The notes below the pieces were generated by a model. The model did not search any database and was not told the DNA's origin. It saw only the letters and a program-made list of their open reading frames with translations. This document shows, piece after piece, positions 12,301 to 27,300 of a stretch of DNA of 64,000 bases. Both the position numbers and the translations under genes were made by a program. The DNA is from Yuukianura sp. NJ FZ-2021 (taxonomy: Eukaryota), in the NCBI GenBank assembly GCA_046563655.1, contig JAJCTO010000011.1, positions 1 to 64,000 on the forward strand. The letters run 5' to 3'. The number at the start of each line of letters is the position of its first letter. Within the stretch, counting starts at the first letter, position 1.

Positions 12301-15300
12301 ATATTTTTGGAATCCTCATAAAAAGTGCTACAGGAACCCACGTTCATTTGCTGTGTCGTCCCTCATCTCGTGACCCTTTTCTTATGAAAATTTGTTTCAA
12401 AACAAGTCAATCGAAAAACCTCCACGAGGAGCGATGACGGGCGAAAATGAGTTACTTTTTTGAAATCCTCCTGAAAAGTACTACAGGTACCCACGTTCAG
12501 TTGCTGTGTCGTCCCTCATCTCGTGACCCTTTATTTATGAAAATTTGTGTCGAAACAAATCATTCAAAGAAACCTCCACGCGGAGCGATGCCGGGTGAAA
12601 ATGAGTAACTTTTCTGAAATCCTCCTGAAAAGTACTACAGGAACCCAAGTTTAATTGGCGTGGATAGATCGCAATTAAATCTGGTTAGAGCGTACTTAAA
12701 AGTCTGAATGAAACGCTCAACTTCGGATTTTATCTCGGGTTGGAATACGGCACCCAGGGCAATGTCGAGCACCATTTTGACACAAAACGACTTAAATTTG
12801 TGAGAGTAAACATGCAAATGTGAGAATGAACAGAAAGTAAATTTCATTTTTGAAATCCTCATAAAAAGTGCTACAGGAACCCACTGTCACTTGCTGTGTC
12901 GTCCATCATCTTGTTACCTTTATTTATGAAAATTCATGTTTCAAAACAAAGAATTCAAAAGAAATGCATTCCGGAACGATGCTGGGTAAAAGTCAACTAT
13001 ATTATTGAAATCCTCATAAAAAGTGCTACAGAAACCCACTTTCACTTGCTGTGTCGTCCATCATCTTGTTACCTTTATTTATGAAAATTCATGTTTCAAA
13101 ACAAAAAATTCAAAAGAAATGCATTCCGGAACGATGCTGGGTAAAAGTCAACTATATTTTTGGAATCCTCATAAAAAGTGCTACAGGAACCCACGTTCAT
13201 TTGCTGTGTCGTCCCTCATCTCGTGACCCTTTTCTTATGAAAATTTGTTTCAAAACAAGTCAATCGAAAAACCTCCACGAGGAGCGATGACGGGCGAAAA
13301 TGAGTTACTTTTTTGAAATCCTCCTGAAAAGTACTACAGGTACCCACGTTCAGTTGCTGTGTCGTCCCTCATCTCGTGACCCTTTATTTATGAAAATTTG
13401 TGTCGAAACAAATCATTCAAAGAAACCTCCACGCGGAGCGATGCCGGGTGAAAATGAGTAACTTTTCTGAAATCCTCCTGAAAAGTACTACAGGAACCCA
13501 AGTTTAATTGGCGTGGATAGATCGCAATTAAATCTGGTTAGAGCGTACTTAAAAGTCTGAATGAAACGCTCAACTTCGGATTTTATCTCGGGTTGGAATA
13601 CGGCACCCAGGGCAATGTCGAGCACCATTTTGACACAAAACGACTTAAATTTGTGAGAGTAAACATGCAAATGTGAGAATGAACAGAAAGTAAATTTCAT
13701 TTTTGAAATCCTCATAAAAAGTGCTACAGGAACCCACTGTCACTTGCTGTGTCGTCCATCATCTTGTTACCTTTATTTATGAAAATTCATGTTTCAAAAC
13801 AAAGAATTCAAAAGAAATGCATTCCGGAACGATGCTGGGTAAAAGTCAACTATATTATTGAAATCCTCATAAAAAGTGCTACAGAAACCCACTTTCACTT
13901 GCTGTGTCGTCCATCATCTTGTTACTTTATTTATAAAAATTCATGTTTCAAAACAAAAAATTCAAAAGAAATGCATTCCGGAACGATGCTGGGTAAAAGT
14001 CAACTATACTTTTGAAATCCTCATAAAAAGTGCAAGAGGAACCCACTTTCACTTGCTGTGTCGTCCATCATCTTGTTACCTTTATTTATGAAAATTCATG
14101 TTTCAAAACAAAAAATTCAAAAGAAATGCATTCCGGAACGATGCTGGGTAAAAGTCATTTATATTTTTGGAATCCTCATAAAAAGTGCTACAGGAACCCA
14201 CGTTCAGTTGCTGTGTCGTCCCTCATCTCGTGACCCTTTTCTTATGAAAATTTGTTTCAAAACAAGTCAATCGAAAAACCTCCACGAGGAGCGATGACGG
14301 GCGAAAATGAGTTACTTTTTTGAAATCCTCCTGAAAAGTACTACAGGTACCCACGTTCAGTTGCTGTGTCGTCCCTCATCTCGTGACCCTTTATTTATGA
14401 AAATTTGTGTCGAAACAAATCATTCAAAGAAACCTCCACGCGGAGCGATGCCGGGTGAAAATGAGTAACTTTTCTGAAATCCTCCTGAAAAGTACTACAG
14501 GAACCCAAGTTTAATTGGCGTGGATAGATCGCAATTAAATCTGGTTAGAGCGTACTTAAAAGTCTGAATGAAACGCTCAACTTCGGATTTTATCTCGGGT
14601 TGGAATACGGCACCCAGGGCAATGTCGAGCACCATTTTGACACAAAACGACTTAAATTTGTGAGAGTAAACATGCAAATGTGAGAATGAACAGAAAGTAA
14701 ATTTCATTTTTGAAATCCTCATAAAAAGTGCTACAGGAACCCACTGTCACTTGCTGTGTCGTCCATCATCTTGTTACCTTTATTTATGAAAATTCATGTT
14801 TCAAAACAAAGAATTCAAAAGAAATGCATTCCGGAACGATGCTGGGTAAAAGTCAACTATATTATTGAAATCCTCATAAAAAGTGCTACAGAAACCCACT
14901 TTCACTTGCTGTGTCGTCCATCATCTTGTTACTTTATTTATAAAAATTCATGTTTCAAAACAAAAAATTCAAAAGAAATGCATTCCGGAACGATGCTGGG
15001 TAAAAGTCAACTATACTTTTGAAATCCTCATAAAAAGTGCAAGAGGAACCCACTTTCACTTGCTGTGTCGTCCATCATCTTGTTACCTTTATTTATAAAA
15101 ATTCATGTTTCAAAACAAAAAATTCAAAAGAAATGCATTCCGGAACGATGCTGGGTAAAAGTCAACTATACTTTTGAAATCCTCATAAAAAGTGCTACAG
15201 GAACCCACTTTCACTTGCTGTGTCGTCCATCATCTTGTTACCTTTATTTATGAAAATTCATGTTTCAAAACAAAAAATTCAAAAGAAATGCATTCCGGAA

Positions 15301-18300
15301 CGATGCTGGGTAAAAGTCATTTATATTTTTGGAATCCTCATAAAAAGTGCTACAGGAACCCACGTTCAGTTGCTGTGTCGTCCCTCATCTCGTGACCCTT
15401 TTCTTATGAAAATTTGTTTCAAAACAAGTCAATCGAAAAACCTCCACGAGGAGCGATGACGGGCGAAAATGAGTTACTTTTTTGAAATCCTCCTGAAAAG
15501 TACTACAGGTACCCACGTTCAGTTGCTGTGTCGTCCCTCATCTCGTGACCCTTTATTTATGAAAATTTGTGTCGAAACAAATCATTCAAAGAAACCTCCA
15601 CGCGGAGCGATGCCGGGTGAAAATGAGTAACTTTTCTGAAATCCTCCTGAAAAGTACTACAGGAACCCAAGTTTAATTGGCGTGGATAGATCGCAATTAA
15701 ATCTGGTTAGAGCGTACTTAAAAGTCTGAATGAAACGCTCAACTTCGGATTTTATCTCGGGTTGGAATACGGCACCCAGGGCAATGTCGAGCACCATTTT
15801 GACACAAAACGACTTAAATTTGTGAGAGTAAACATGCAAATGTGAGAATGAACAGAAAGTAAATTTCATTTTTGAAATCCTCATAAAAAGTGCTACAGGA
15901 ACCCACTGTCACTTGCTGTGTCGTCCATCATCTTGTTACCTTTATTTATGAAAATTCATGTTTCAAAACAAAGAATTCAAAAGAAATGCATTCCGGAACG
16001 ATGCTGGGTAAAAGTCAACTATATTATTGAAATCCTCATAAAAAGTGCTACAGGAACCCACTTTCACTTGCTGTGTCGTCCATCATCTTGTTACTTTATT
16101 TATGAAAATTCATGTTTCAAAACAAAAAATTCAAAAGAAATGCATTCCGGAACGATGCTGGGTAAAAGTCAACTATACTTTTGAAATCCTCATAAAAAGT
16201 GCAAGAGGAACCCACTTTCACTTGCTGTGTCGTCCATCATCTTGTTACCTTTATTTATAAAAATTCATGTTTCAAAACAAAAAATTCAAAAGAAATGCAT
16301 TCCGGAACGATGCTGGGTAAAAGTCAACTATACTTTTGAAATCCTCATAAAAAGTGCTACAGGAACCCACGTTCAGTTGCTGTGTCGTCCCTCATCTCGT
16401 GACCCTTTTTTTATGAAAATTTGTTTCAAAACAAATCAATCGAAAAACCTCCACGCGGAGCGATGCCGGGCGAAAATGAGTTACTTTTCTGAAATCCTGC
16501 TGAAAAGTACTACAGGAACCAACGTTTAATTGGCGTGGATAGATTGCAATTAAATCTGGTTAGAGCGTACTTAAAAGTCTGAATGAACCGCTCAACTTCG
16601 GATTTTATCTCGAGTTGGAATACGGCACCCAGGGCAATGTCGAGCACCATTTTGACACAAAACGACTTAAATTTGTGAGAGTGAACATGCAAATGTGAGA
16701 ATGAACAGAAAGTAAATTACATTTTTGAAATCCTCATAAAAAGTGCTACAGGAACCCACTTTCACTTGCTGTGTCGTCCATCATCTTGTTACCTTTATTT
16801 ATGAAAATTCATGTTTCAAAACAAAAAATTCAAAAGAAATGCATTCCGGAACGATGCTGGGTAAAAGTCAACTATACTTTTGAAATCCTCATAAAAAGTG
16901 CTACAGGAACCCACTTTCACTTGCTGTGTCGTCCATCATCTTGTTACCTTTATTTATGAAAATCCATGTTTCAAAACAAAGAATTCAAAAGAAATGCATT
17001 CCGGAACGATGCTGGGTAAAAGTCAACTATATTTTTGGAAATCCTCATAAAAAGTGCTACAGGAACCCACGTTCATTTGCTGTGTCGTCCCTCATCTCGT
17101 GACCCTTTATTTATGAAAATTTGTGTCGAAACAAATCATTCAAAGAAACCTCCACGCGGAGCGATGCCGGGTGAAAATGAGTAACTTTTCTGAAATCCTC
17201 CTGAAAAGTACTACAGGAACCCACGTTCAGTTGCTGTGTCGTCCCTCATCTCGTGACCCTTTATTTATGAAAATTTGTGTCGAAACAAATCATTCAAAGA
17301 AACCTCCACGCGGAGCGATGCCGGGTGAAAATGAGTTACTTTTCTGAAATCCTCCTGAAAAGTACTACAGGAACACAAGTTTAATTGGCGTGGATAGATC
17401 GCAATTAAATCTGGTTAGAGCGTACTTACAAGTCTGAATGAACCGCTCTGCCTCGGATTTTACCTTGGGTTGGTATACGCCACACAGGGCAATGTCGAGC
17501 ACCATTTTGACGCAAAACGACTTAAATTTGTGAGAATGAACATGCAAATGTGAGAATGAACAGAAAGTAAATTACATTTTTGAAATCCTCATAAAAAGTT
17601 TTACAGGAACCCACTTTCACTTGCTGTGTCGTCCATCATCTTGTTACCTTTAGTTATGAAAATCCATGTTTCAAAACAAAGAATTCAAAAGAAATGCATT
17701 CCGGAACAATGCTGGGTAAAAGTCAACTATATTTTTGGAATCCTCATAAAAAGTGCTACAGGAACCCACGTTCAGTTGCTGTGTCGTCCCTCATCTCGTG
17801 ACCCTTTTTTTATGAAAATTTGTTTCAAAACAAATCAATCAAAAAACCTCCACGCGGAGCGATGCCGGGCGAAAATGAGTTACTTTTTTGAAATCCTCCT
17901 GAAAAGTACTACAGGTACCCACGTTCAGTTGCTGTGTCGTCCCTCATCTCGTGACCCTTTATTTATGAAAATTTGTGTCGAAACAAATCATTCAAAGAAA
18001 CCTCCACGCGGAGCGATGCCGGGTGAAAATGAGTAACTTTTCTGAAATCCTCCTGAAAAGTACTACAGGAACACAAGTTTAATTGGCGTGGATAGATCGC
18101 AATTAAATCTGGTTAGAGCGTACTTACAAGTCTGAATGAACCGCTCTGCCTCGGATTTTACCTTGGGTTGGTATACGCCACACAGGGCAATGTCGAGCAC
18201 CATTTTGACGCAAAACGACTTAAATTTGTGAGAATGAACATGCAAATGTGAGAATGAACAGAAAGTAAATTACATTTTTGAAATCCTCATAAAAAGTGCT

Positions 18301-21300
18301 ACAGGAACCCACTTTCACTTGCTGTGTCGTCCATCATCTTGTTACCTTTATTTATGAAAATCCATGTTTCAAAACAAAGAATTCAAAAGAAATGCATTCC
18401 GGAACAATGCTGGGTAAAAGTCAACTATACTTTTGAAATCCTCATAAAAAGTGCTACAGGAACCCACTTTCACTTGCTGTGTCGTCCATCATCTTGTTAC
18501 CTTTATTTATGAAAATCCATGTTTCAAAACAAAGAATTCAAAAGAAATGCATTCCGGAACAATGCTGGGTAAAAGTCAACTATATTTTTGGAATCCTCAT
18601 AAAAAGTGCTACAGGAACCCACGTTCAGTTGCTGTGTCGTCCCTCATCTCGTGACCCTTTTTTATGAAAATTTGTTTCAAAACAAATCAATCGAAAAACC
18701 TCCACGCGGAGCGATGCCGGGCGAAAATGAGTTACTTTTTTGAAATCCTCCTGAAAAGTACTACAGGAACCCACGTTCATTTGCTGTGTCGTCCCTCATC
18801 TCGTGACCCTTTATTTATGAAAATTTGTGTCGAAACAAATCATTCAAAGAAACCTCCACGCGGAGCGATGCCGGGTGAAAATGAGTAACTTTTCTGAAAT
18901 CCTCATGAAAAGTACTACAGGAACCCAAGTTTAATTGGCGTGGATAGATCGCAATTAAATCTGGTTAGAGCGCACTTAAAAGTCTGAATGAACCGCTCAA
19001 CCTCGGATTTTATCTCGGGTCGGAATACGGCACCCAGGGCAATGTCGAGCACCATTTTGACACAAAACGACTTAAATTTATGAGAGTGAACATGCAAATG
19101 TGAGAATGAACAGAAAGTAAATTACATTTTTGAAATCCTCATAAAAAGTGCTACAGGAACCCGCTTTCACTTGCTGTGTCGTCCATCATCTTGTTACCTT
19201 TATTTATGAAAATTCATGTTTCAAAACAAAAAATTCAAAAGAAATGCATTCCGGAACGATGCTGGGTAAAAGTCAACTGTACTTTTGAAATCCTCATAAA
19301 AAGTGCTACAGGAACCCACGTTCAGTTGCTGTGTCGTCCCTCATCTCGTGACCCTTTTTTTATGAAAATTTGTTTCAAAACAAATCAATCGAAAAACCTC
19401 CACGCGAAGCAATGCCGGGCGAAAATGAGTTACTTTTCTGAAATCCTGCTGAAAAGTACTACAGGAACCAAAGTTTAATTGGCGTGGATAGATTGCAATT
19501 AAATCTGGTTAGAGCGTACTTAAAAGTCTGAATGAAACGCTCAACTTCGGATTTTATCTCGGGTTGGAATACGGCACCCAGGGCAATGTCGAGCACCATT
19601 TTGACACAAAACGACTTAAATTTGTGAGAGTGAACATGCAAATGTGAGAATGAACAGAAAGTAAATTACATTTTTGAAATCCTCATAAAAAGTGCTACAG
19701 GAACCCACTTTCACTTGCTGTGTCGTCCATCATCTTGTTACCTTTATTTATGAAAATTCATGTTTCAAAACAAAAAATTCAAAAGAAATGCATTCCGGAA
19801 CGATGCTGGGTAAAAGTCAACTATACTTTTGAAATCCTCATAAAAAGTGCTACAGGAACCCACTTTCACTTGCTGTGTCGTGCATCATCTTGTTACCTTT
19901 ATTTATGAAAATTCATGTTTCAAAACAAAGAATTCAAAAGAAATGCATTCGGGAACGATGCTGGGTAAAAGTCATTTATATTTTTGGAATCCTCATAAAA
20001 AGTGCTACAGGAACCCACGTTCAGTTGCTGTGTCGTCCCTCATCTCGTGACCCTTTTTTTATGAAAATTTGTTTCAAAACAAAGAATTCAAAAGAAATGC
20101 ATTCCGGAACGATGCTGGGTAAAAGTCATTTATATTTTTGGAATCCTCATAAAAAGTGCTACAGGAACCCACTTTCAGTTGCTGTGTCGTCCATCATCTT
20201 GTTACCTTTATTTATGAAAATTCATGTTTCAAAACAAAGAATTCAAAAGAAATGCATTCCGGAACGATGCTGGGTAAAAGTCAACTATATTATTGAAATC
20301 CTCATAAAAAGTGCTACAGGAACCCACTTTCACTTGCTGTGTCGTCCATCATCTTGTTACTTTATTTATAAAAATTCATGTTTCAAAACAAAAAATTCAA
20401 AAGAAATGCATTCCGGAACGATGCTGGGTAAAAGTCAACTATACTTTTGAAATCCTCATAAAAAGTGCAACAGGAACCCACTTTCACTTGCTGTGTCGTC
20501 CATCATCTTGTTACCTTTATTTATGAAAATTCATGTTTCAAAACAAAAAATTCAAAAGAAATGCATTCCGGAACGATGCTGGGTAAAAGTCAACTATACT
20601 TTTGAAATCCTCATAAAAAGTGCTACAGGAACCCACGTTCAGTTGCTGTGTCGTCCCTCATCTCGTGACCCTTTTTTTATGAAAATTTGTTTCAAAACAA
20701 ATCAATCGAAAAACCTCCACGCGGAGCGATGCCGGGCGAAAATGAGTTACTTTTCTGAAATCCTGCTGAAAAGTACTACAGGAACCAACGTTTAATTGGC
20801 GTGGATAGATTGCAATTAAATCTATTTAGAGCGTACTTAAAAGTCTGAATGAAACGCTCAACTTCGGATTTTATCTCGAGTTGGAATACGGCACCCAGGG
20901 CAATGTCGAGCACCATTTTGACACAAAACGACTTAAATTTGTGAGAGTAAACATGCAAATGTGAGAATGAACAGAAAGTAAATTTCATTTTTGGAATCCT
21001 CATAAAAAGTGCTACAGGAACCCACTTTCAGTTGCTGTGTCGTCCATCATCTTGTTACCTTTATTTATGAAAATTCATGTTTCAAAACAAAGAATTCAAA
21101 AGAAATGCGTTCCGGAACGATGCTGGGTAAAAGTCAACTATACTTTTGAAATCCTCATAAAAAGTGCTACAGGAACCCACTTTCACTTGCTGTGTCGTCC
21201 ATCATCTTGTTACCTTTATTTATGAAAATTCATGTTTCAAAACAAAAAATTCAAAAGAAATGCATTCCGGAACGATGCTGGGTAAAAGTCAACTATACTT

Positions 21301-24300
21301 TTGAAATCCTCATAAAAAGTGCTACAGGAACCCACGTTCAGTTGCTGTGTCGTCCCTCATCTCGTGACCCTTTTTTTATGAAAATTTGTTTCAAAACAAA
21401 GAATTCAAAAGAAATGCATTCCGGAACGATGCTGGGTAAAAGTCAACTATATTTTTGAAATCCTCATAAAATGTGCTACAGGAACCCACTTTCAGTTGCT
21501 GTGTCGTCCATCATCTTGTTACCTTTATTTATGAAAATTCATGTTTCAAAACAAAGAATTCAAAAGAAATGCATTCCGGAACGATGCTGGGTAAAAGTCA
21601 ACTATATTATTGAAATCCTCATAAAAAGTGCTACAGGAACCCACTTTCACTTGCTGTGTCGTCCATCATCTTGTTACTTTATTTATGAAAATTCATGTTT
21701 CAAAACAAAAAATTCAAAAGAAATGCATTCCGGAACGATGCTGGGTAAAAGTCAACTATACTTTTGAAATCCTCATAAAAAGTGCAACAGGAACCCACTT
21801 TCACTTGCTGTGTCGTCCATCATCTTGTTACCTTTATTTATGAAAATTCATGTTTCAAAACAAAAAATTCAAAAGAAATGCATTCCGGAACGATGCTGGG
21901 TAAAAGTCAACTATACTTTTGAAATCCTCATAAAAAGTGCTACAGGAACCCACGTTCAGTTGCTGTGTCGTCCCTCATCTCGTGACCCTTTTTTTATGAA
22001 AATTTGTTTCAAAACAAATCAATCGAAAAACCTCCACGCGGAGCGATGCCGGGCGAAAATGAGTTACTTTTCTGAAATCCTGCTGAAAAGTACTACAGGA
22101 ACCAACGTTTAATTGGCGTGGATAGATTGCAATTAAATCTATTTAGAGCGTACTTAAAAGTCTGAATGAAACGCTCAACTTCGGATTTTATCTCGAGTTG
22201 GAATACGGCACCCAGGGCAATGTCGAGCACCATTTTGACACAAAACGACTTAAATTTGTGAGAGTAAACATGCAAATGTAAGAATGAACAGAAAGTAAAT
22301 TTCATTTTTGGAATCCTCATAAAAAGTGCTACAGGAACCCACTTTCAGTTGCTGTGTCGTCCATCATCTTGTTACCTTTATTTATGAAAATTCATGTTTC
22401 AAAACAAAGAATTCAAAAGAAATGCGTTCCGGAACGATGCTGGGTAAAAGTCAACTATACTTTTGAAATCCTCATAAAAAGTGCTACAGGAACCCACTTT
22501 CACTTGCTGTGTCGTCCATCATCTTGTTACCTTTATTTATGAAAATTCATGTTTCAAAACAAAAAATTCAAAAGAAATGCATTCCGGAACGATGCTGGGT
22601 AAAAGTCAACTATACTTTTGAAATCCTCATAAAAAGTGCTACAGGAACCCACGTTCAGTTGCTGTGTCGTCCCTCATCTCGTGACCCTTTTTTTTATGAA
22701 AATTTGTTTCAAAACAAATCAATCGAAAAACCTCCACGCGGAGCGATGCCGGGCGAAAATGAGTTACTTTTCTGAAATCCTGCTGAAAAGTACTACAGGA
22801 ACCAACGTTTAATTGGCGTGGATAGATTGCAATTAAATCTGGTTAGAGCGTACTTAAAAGTCTGAATGAAACGCTCAACTTCGGATTTTATCTCGAGTTG
22901 GAATACGGCACCCAGGGCAATGTCGAGCACCATTTTGACACAAAACGACTTAAATTTGTGAGAGTGAACATGCAAATGTGAGAATGAACAGAAAGTAAAT
23001 TACATTTTTGAAATCCTCATAAAAAGTGCTTCAGGAACCCACTTTCACTTGCTGTGTCGTCCATCATCTTGTTACCTTTATTTATGAAAATTCATGTTTC
23101 AAAACAAAAAATTCAAAAGAAATGCATTCCGGAACAATGCTGGGTAAAAGTCAACTATATTTTTGAAATCCTCCTGAAAAGTACTACAGGAACCCACGTT
23201 CATTTGCTGTGTCGTCCCTCATCTCGTGACCCTTTATTTATGAAAATTTGTGTCGAAACAAATCATTCAAAGAAACCTCCACGCGGAGCGATGCCGGGTG
23301 AAAATGAGTAACTTTTCTGAAATCCTCCTGAAAAGTACTACAGGAACCCAAGTTTAATTGGCGTGGATAGATCGCAATTAAATCTGGTTAGAGCGCACTT
23401 AAAAGTCTGAATGAACCGCTCAACCTCGGATTTTATCTCGGGTCGGAATACGGCACCCAGGGCAATGTCGAGCACCATTTTGACACAAAACGACTTAAAT
23501 TTATGAGAGTGAACATGCAAATGTGAGAATGAACAGAAAGTAAATTACATTTTTGAAATCCTCATAAAAAGTGCTACAGGAACCCGCTTTCACTTGCTGT
23601 GTCGTCCATCATCTTGTTACCTTTATTTATGAAAATTCATGTTTCAAAACAAAAAATTCAAAAGAAATGCATTCCGGAACGATGCTGGGTAAAAGTCAAC
23701 TGTACTTTTGAAATCCTCATAAAAAGTGCTACAGGAACCCACGTTCAGTTGCTGTGTCGTCCCTCATCTCGTGACCCTTTTTTTATGAAAATTTGTTTCA
23801 AAACAAATCAATCGAAAAACCTCCACGCGGAGCGATGCCGGGCGAAAATGAGTAACTTTTCTGAAATCCTCCTGAAAAGTACTACAGGCACCCAAGTTTA
23901 ATTGGCGTGGATAGATCGCAATTAAATCTGGTTAGAGCGCACTTAAAAGTCTGAATGAACCGCTCAACCTCGGATTTTATCTCGGGTCGGAATACGGCAC
24001 CCAGGGCAATGTCGAGCACCATTTTGACACAAAACGACTTAAATTTATGAGAGTGAACATGCAAATGTGAGAATGAACAGAAAGTAAATTACATTTTTGA
24101 AATCCTCATAAAAAGTGCTACAGGAACCCGCTTTCACTTGCTGTGTCGTCCATCATCTTGTTACCTTTATTTATGAAAATTCATGTTTCAAAACAAAAAA
24201 TTCAAAAGAAATGCATTCCGGAACGATGCTGGGTAAAAGTCAACTATATTTTTGGAAATCCTCATAAAAAGTGCTACAGGAACCCACGTTCATTTGCTGT

Positions 24301-27300
24301 GTCGTCCCTCATCTCGTGACCCTTTATTTATGAAAATTTGTGTCGAAACAAATCATTCAAAGAAACCTCCACGCGGAGCGATGCCGGGTGAAAATGAGTA
24401 ACTTTTCTGAAATCCTCCTGAAAAGTACTACAGGAACCCAAGTTTAATTGGCGTGGATAGATCGCAATTAAATCTGGTTAGAGCGCACTTAAAAGTCTGA
24501 ATGAACCGCTCAACCTCGGATTTTATCTCGGGTCGGAATACGGCACCCAGGGCAATGTCGAGCACCATTTTGACACAAAACGACTTAAATTTATGAGAGT
24601 GAACATGCAAATGTGAGAATGAACAGAAAGTAAATTACATTTTTGAAATCCTCATAAAAAGTGCTACAGGAACCCGCTTTCACTTGCTGTGTCGTCCATC
24701 ATCTTGTTACCTTTATTTATGAAAATTCATGTTTCAAAACAAAAAATTCAAAAGAAATGCATTCCGGAACGATGCTGGGTAAAAGTCAACTGTACTTTTG
24801 AAATCCTCATAAAAAGTGCTACAGGAACCCACGTTCAGTTGCTGTGTCGTCCCTCATCTCGTGACCCTTTTTTTATGAAAATTTGTTTCAAAACAAATCA
24901 ATCGAAAAACCTCCACGCGGAGCGATGCCGGGCGAAAATGAGTTACTTTTCTGAAATCCTGCTGAAAAGTACTACAGGAACCAAAGTTTGATTGGCGTGG
25001 ATAGATTGCAATTAAATCTGGTTAGAGCGTACTTAAAAGTCTGAATGAAACGCTCCACTTCGGATTTTATCTCGGGTTGGAATACGGCACCCAGGGCAAT
25101 GTCGAGCACCATTTTGACACAAAACGACTTAAATTTGTGAGAGTGAACATGCAAATGTGAGAATGAACAGAAAGTAAATTACATTTTTGAAATCCTCATA
25201 AAAAGTGCTACAGGAACCCACTTTCACTTGCTGTGTCGTCCATCATCTTGTTACCTTTATTTATGAAAATTCATGTTTCAAAACAAAAAATTCAAAAGAA
25301 ATGCATTCCGGAACGATGCTGGGTAAAAGTCAACTATACTTTTGAAATCCTCATAAAAAGTGCTACAGGAACCCACTTTCACTTGCTGTGTCGTCCATCA
25401 TCTTGTTACCTTTATTTATGAAAATCCATGTTTCAAAACAAAGAATTCAAAAGAAATGCATTCCAGAACGATGCTGGGTAAAAGTCAACTATATTTTAGA
25501 AATCCTCATAAAAAGTGCTACAGGAACCCACGTTCATTTGCTGTGTCGTCCCTCATCTCGTGACCCTTTATTTATGAAAATTTGTGTCGAAAACAAATCA
25601 TTCAAAGAAACCTCCACGCGGAGCGATGCCGGGTGAAAATGAGTAACTTTTCTGAAATCCTCCTGAAAAGTACTACAGGAACCCAAGTTTAATTGGCTTG
25701 GATAGATCGCAATTAAATCTGGTTAGAGCGTACTTAAAAGTCTGAATGAAACGCTCAACTTCGGATTTTATCTCGGGTTGGAATACGGCACCCAGGGCAA
25801 TGTCGAGCACCATTTTGACACAAAACGACTTAAATTTGTGAGAGTAAACATGCAAATGTGAGAATGAACAGAAAGTAAATTTCATTTTTGAAATCCTCAT
25901 AAAAAGTGCTACAGGAACCCACTTTCACTTGCTGTGTCGTACATCATCTTGTTACCTTTATTTATGAAAATTCATGTTTCAAAACAAAGAATTCAAAAGA
26001 AATGCATTCCGGAACGATGCTGGGTAAAAGTCAACTATATTTTTGGAATCCTCATAAAAAGTGCTACAGGAACCCACGTTCATTTGCTGTGTCGTCCCTC
26101 ATCTCGTGACCCTTTTCTTATGAAAATTTGTTTCAAAACAAGTCAATCGAAAAACATCCACGAGGAGCGATGACGGGCGAAAATGAGTTACTTTTTTGAA
26201 ATCCTCCTGAAAAGTACTACAGGAACCCACGTTCAGTTGCTGTGTCGTCCCTCATCTCGTGACCCTTTATTTATGAAAATTTGTGTCGAAACAAATCATT
26301 CAAAGAAACCTCCACGCGGAGCGATGCCGGGTGAAAATGAGTAACTTTTCTGAAATCCTCCTGAAAAGTACTACAGGAACCCAAGTTTAATTGGCGTGGA
26401 TAGATCGCAATTAAATCTGGTTAGAGCGTACTTAAAAGTCTGAATGAAACGCTCAACTTCGGATTTTATCTCGGGTTGGAATACGGCACCCAGGGCAATG
26501 TCGAGCACCATTTTGACACAAAACGACTTAAATTTGTGAGAGTAAACATGCAAATGTGAGAATGAACAGAAAGTAAATTTCATTTTTGAAATCCTCATAA
26601 AAAGTGCTACAGGAACCCACTTTCACTTGCTGTGTCGTCCATCATCTTGTTACCTTTATTTATGAAAATTCATGTTTCAAAACAAAGAATTCAAAAGAAA
26701 TGCATTCCGGAACGATGCTGGGTAAAAGTCATTTATATTTTTGGAATCCTCATAAAAAGTGCTACCGGAACCCACGTTCAGTTGCTGTGTCGTCCCTCAT
26801 CTCGTGACCCTTTTTTATAAAAATTTTTTTCAAAACAAATCAATCGAAAAACCTCCACGCGGAGCGATGCCGGGCGAAAATGAGTTACTTTTCTGAAATC
26901 CTGCTGAAAAGTACTACAGAAACCAAAGTTTAATTGGCGTGGATAGATTGCAATTAAATCTGGTTAGAGCGTACTTAAAAGTCTGAATGAAACGCTCAAC
27001 TTCGGATTTTATCTCGGGTTGGAATACGGCACCCAGGGCAATGTCGAGCACCATTTTGACACAAAACGACTTAAATTTGTGAGAGTGAACATGCAAATGT
27101 GAGAATGAACAGAAAGTAAATTACATTTTTGAAATCCTCATAAAAAGTGCTACAGGAACCCGCTTTCACTTGCTGTGTCGTCCATCATCTTGTTACCTTT
27201 ATTTATGAAAATTCATGTTTCAAAACAAAAAATTCAAAAGAAATGCATTCCGGAACGATGCTGGGTAAAAGTCATTTATATTTTTGGAATCCTCATAAAA

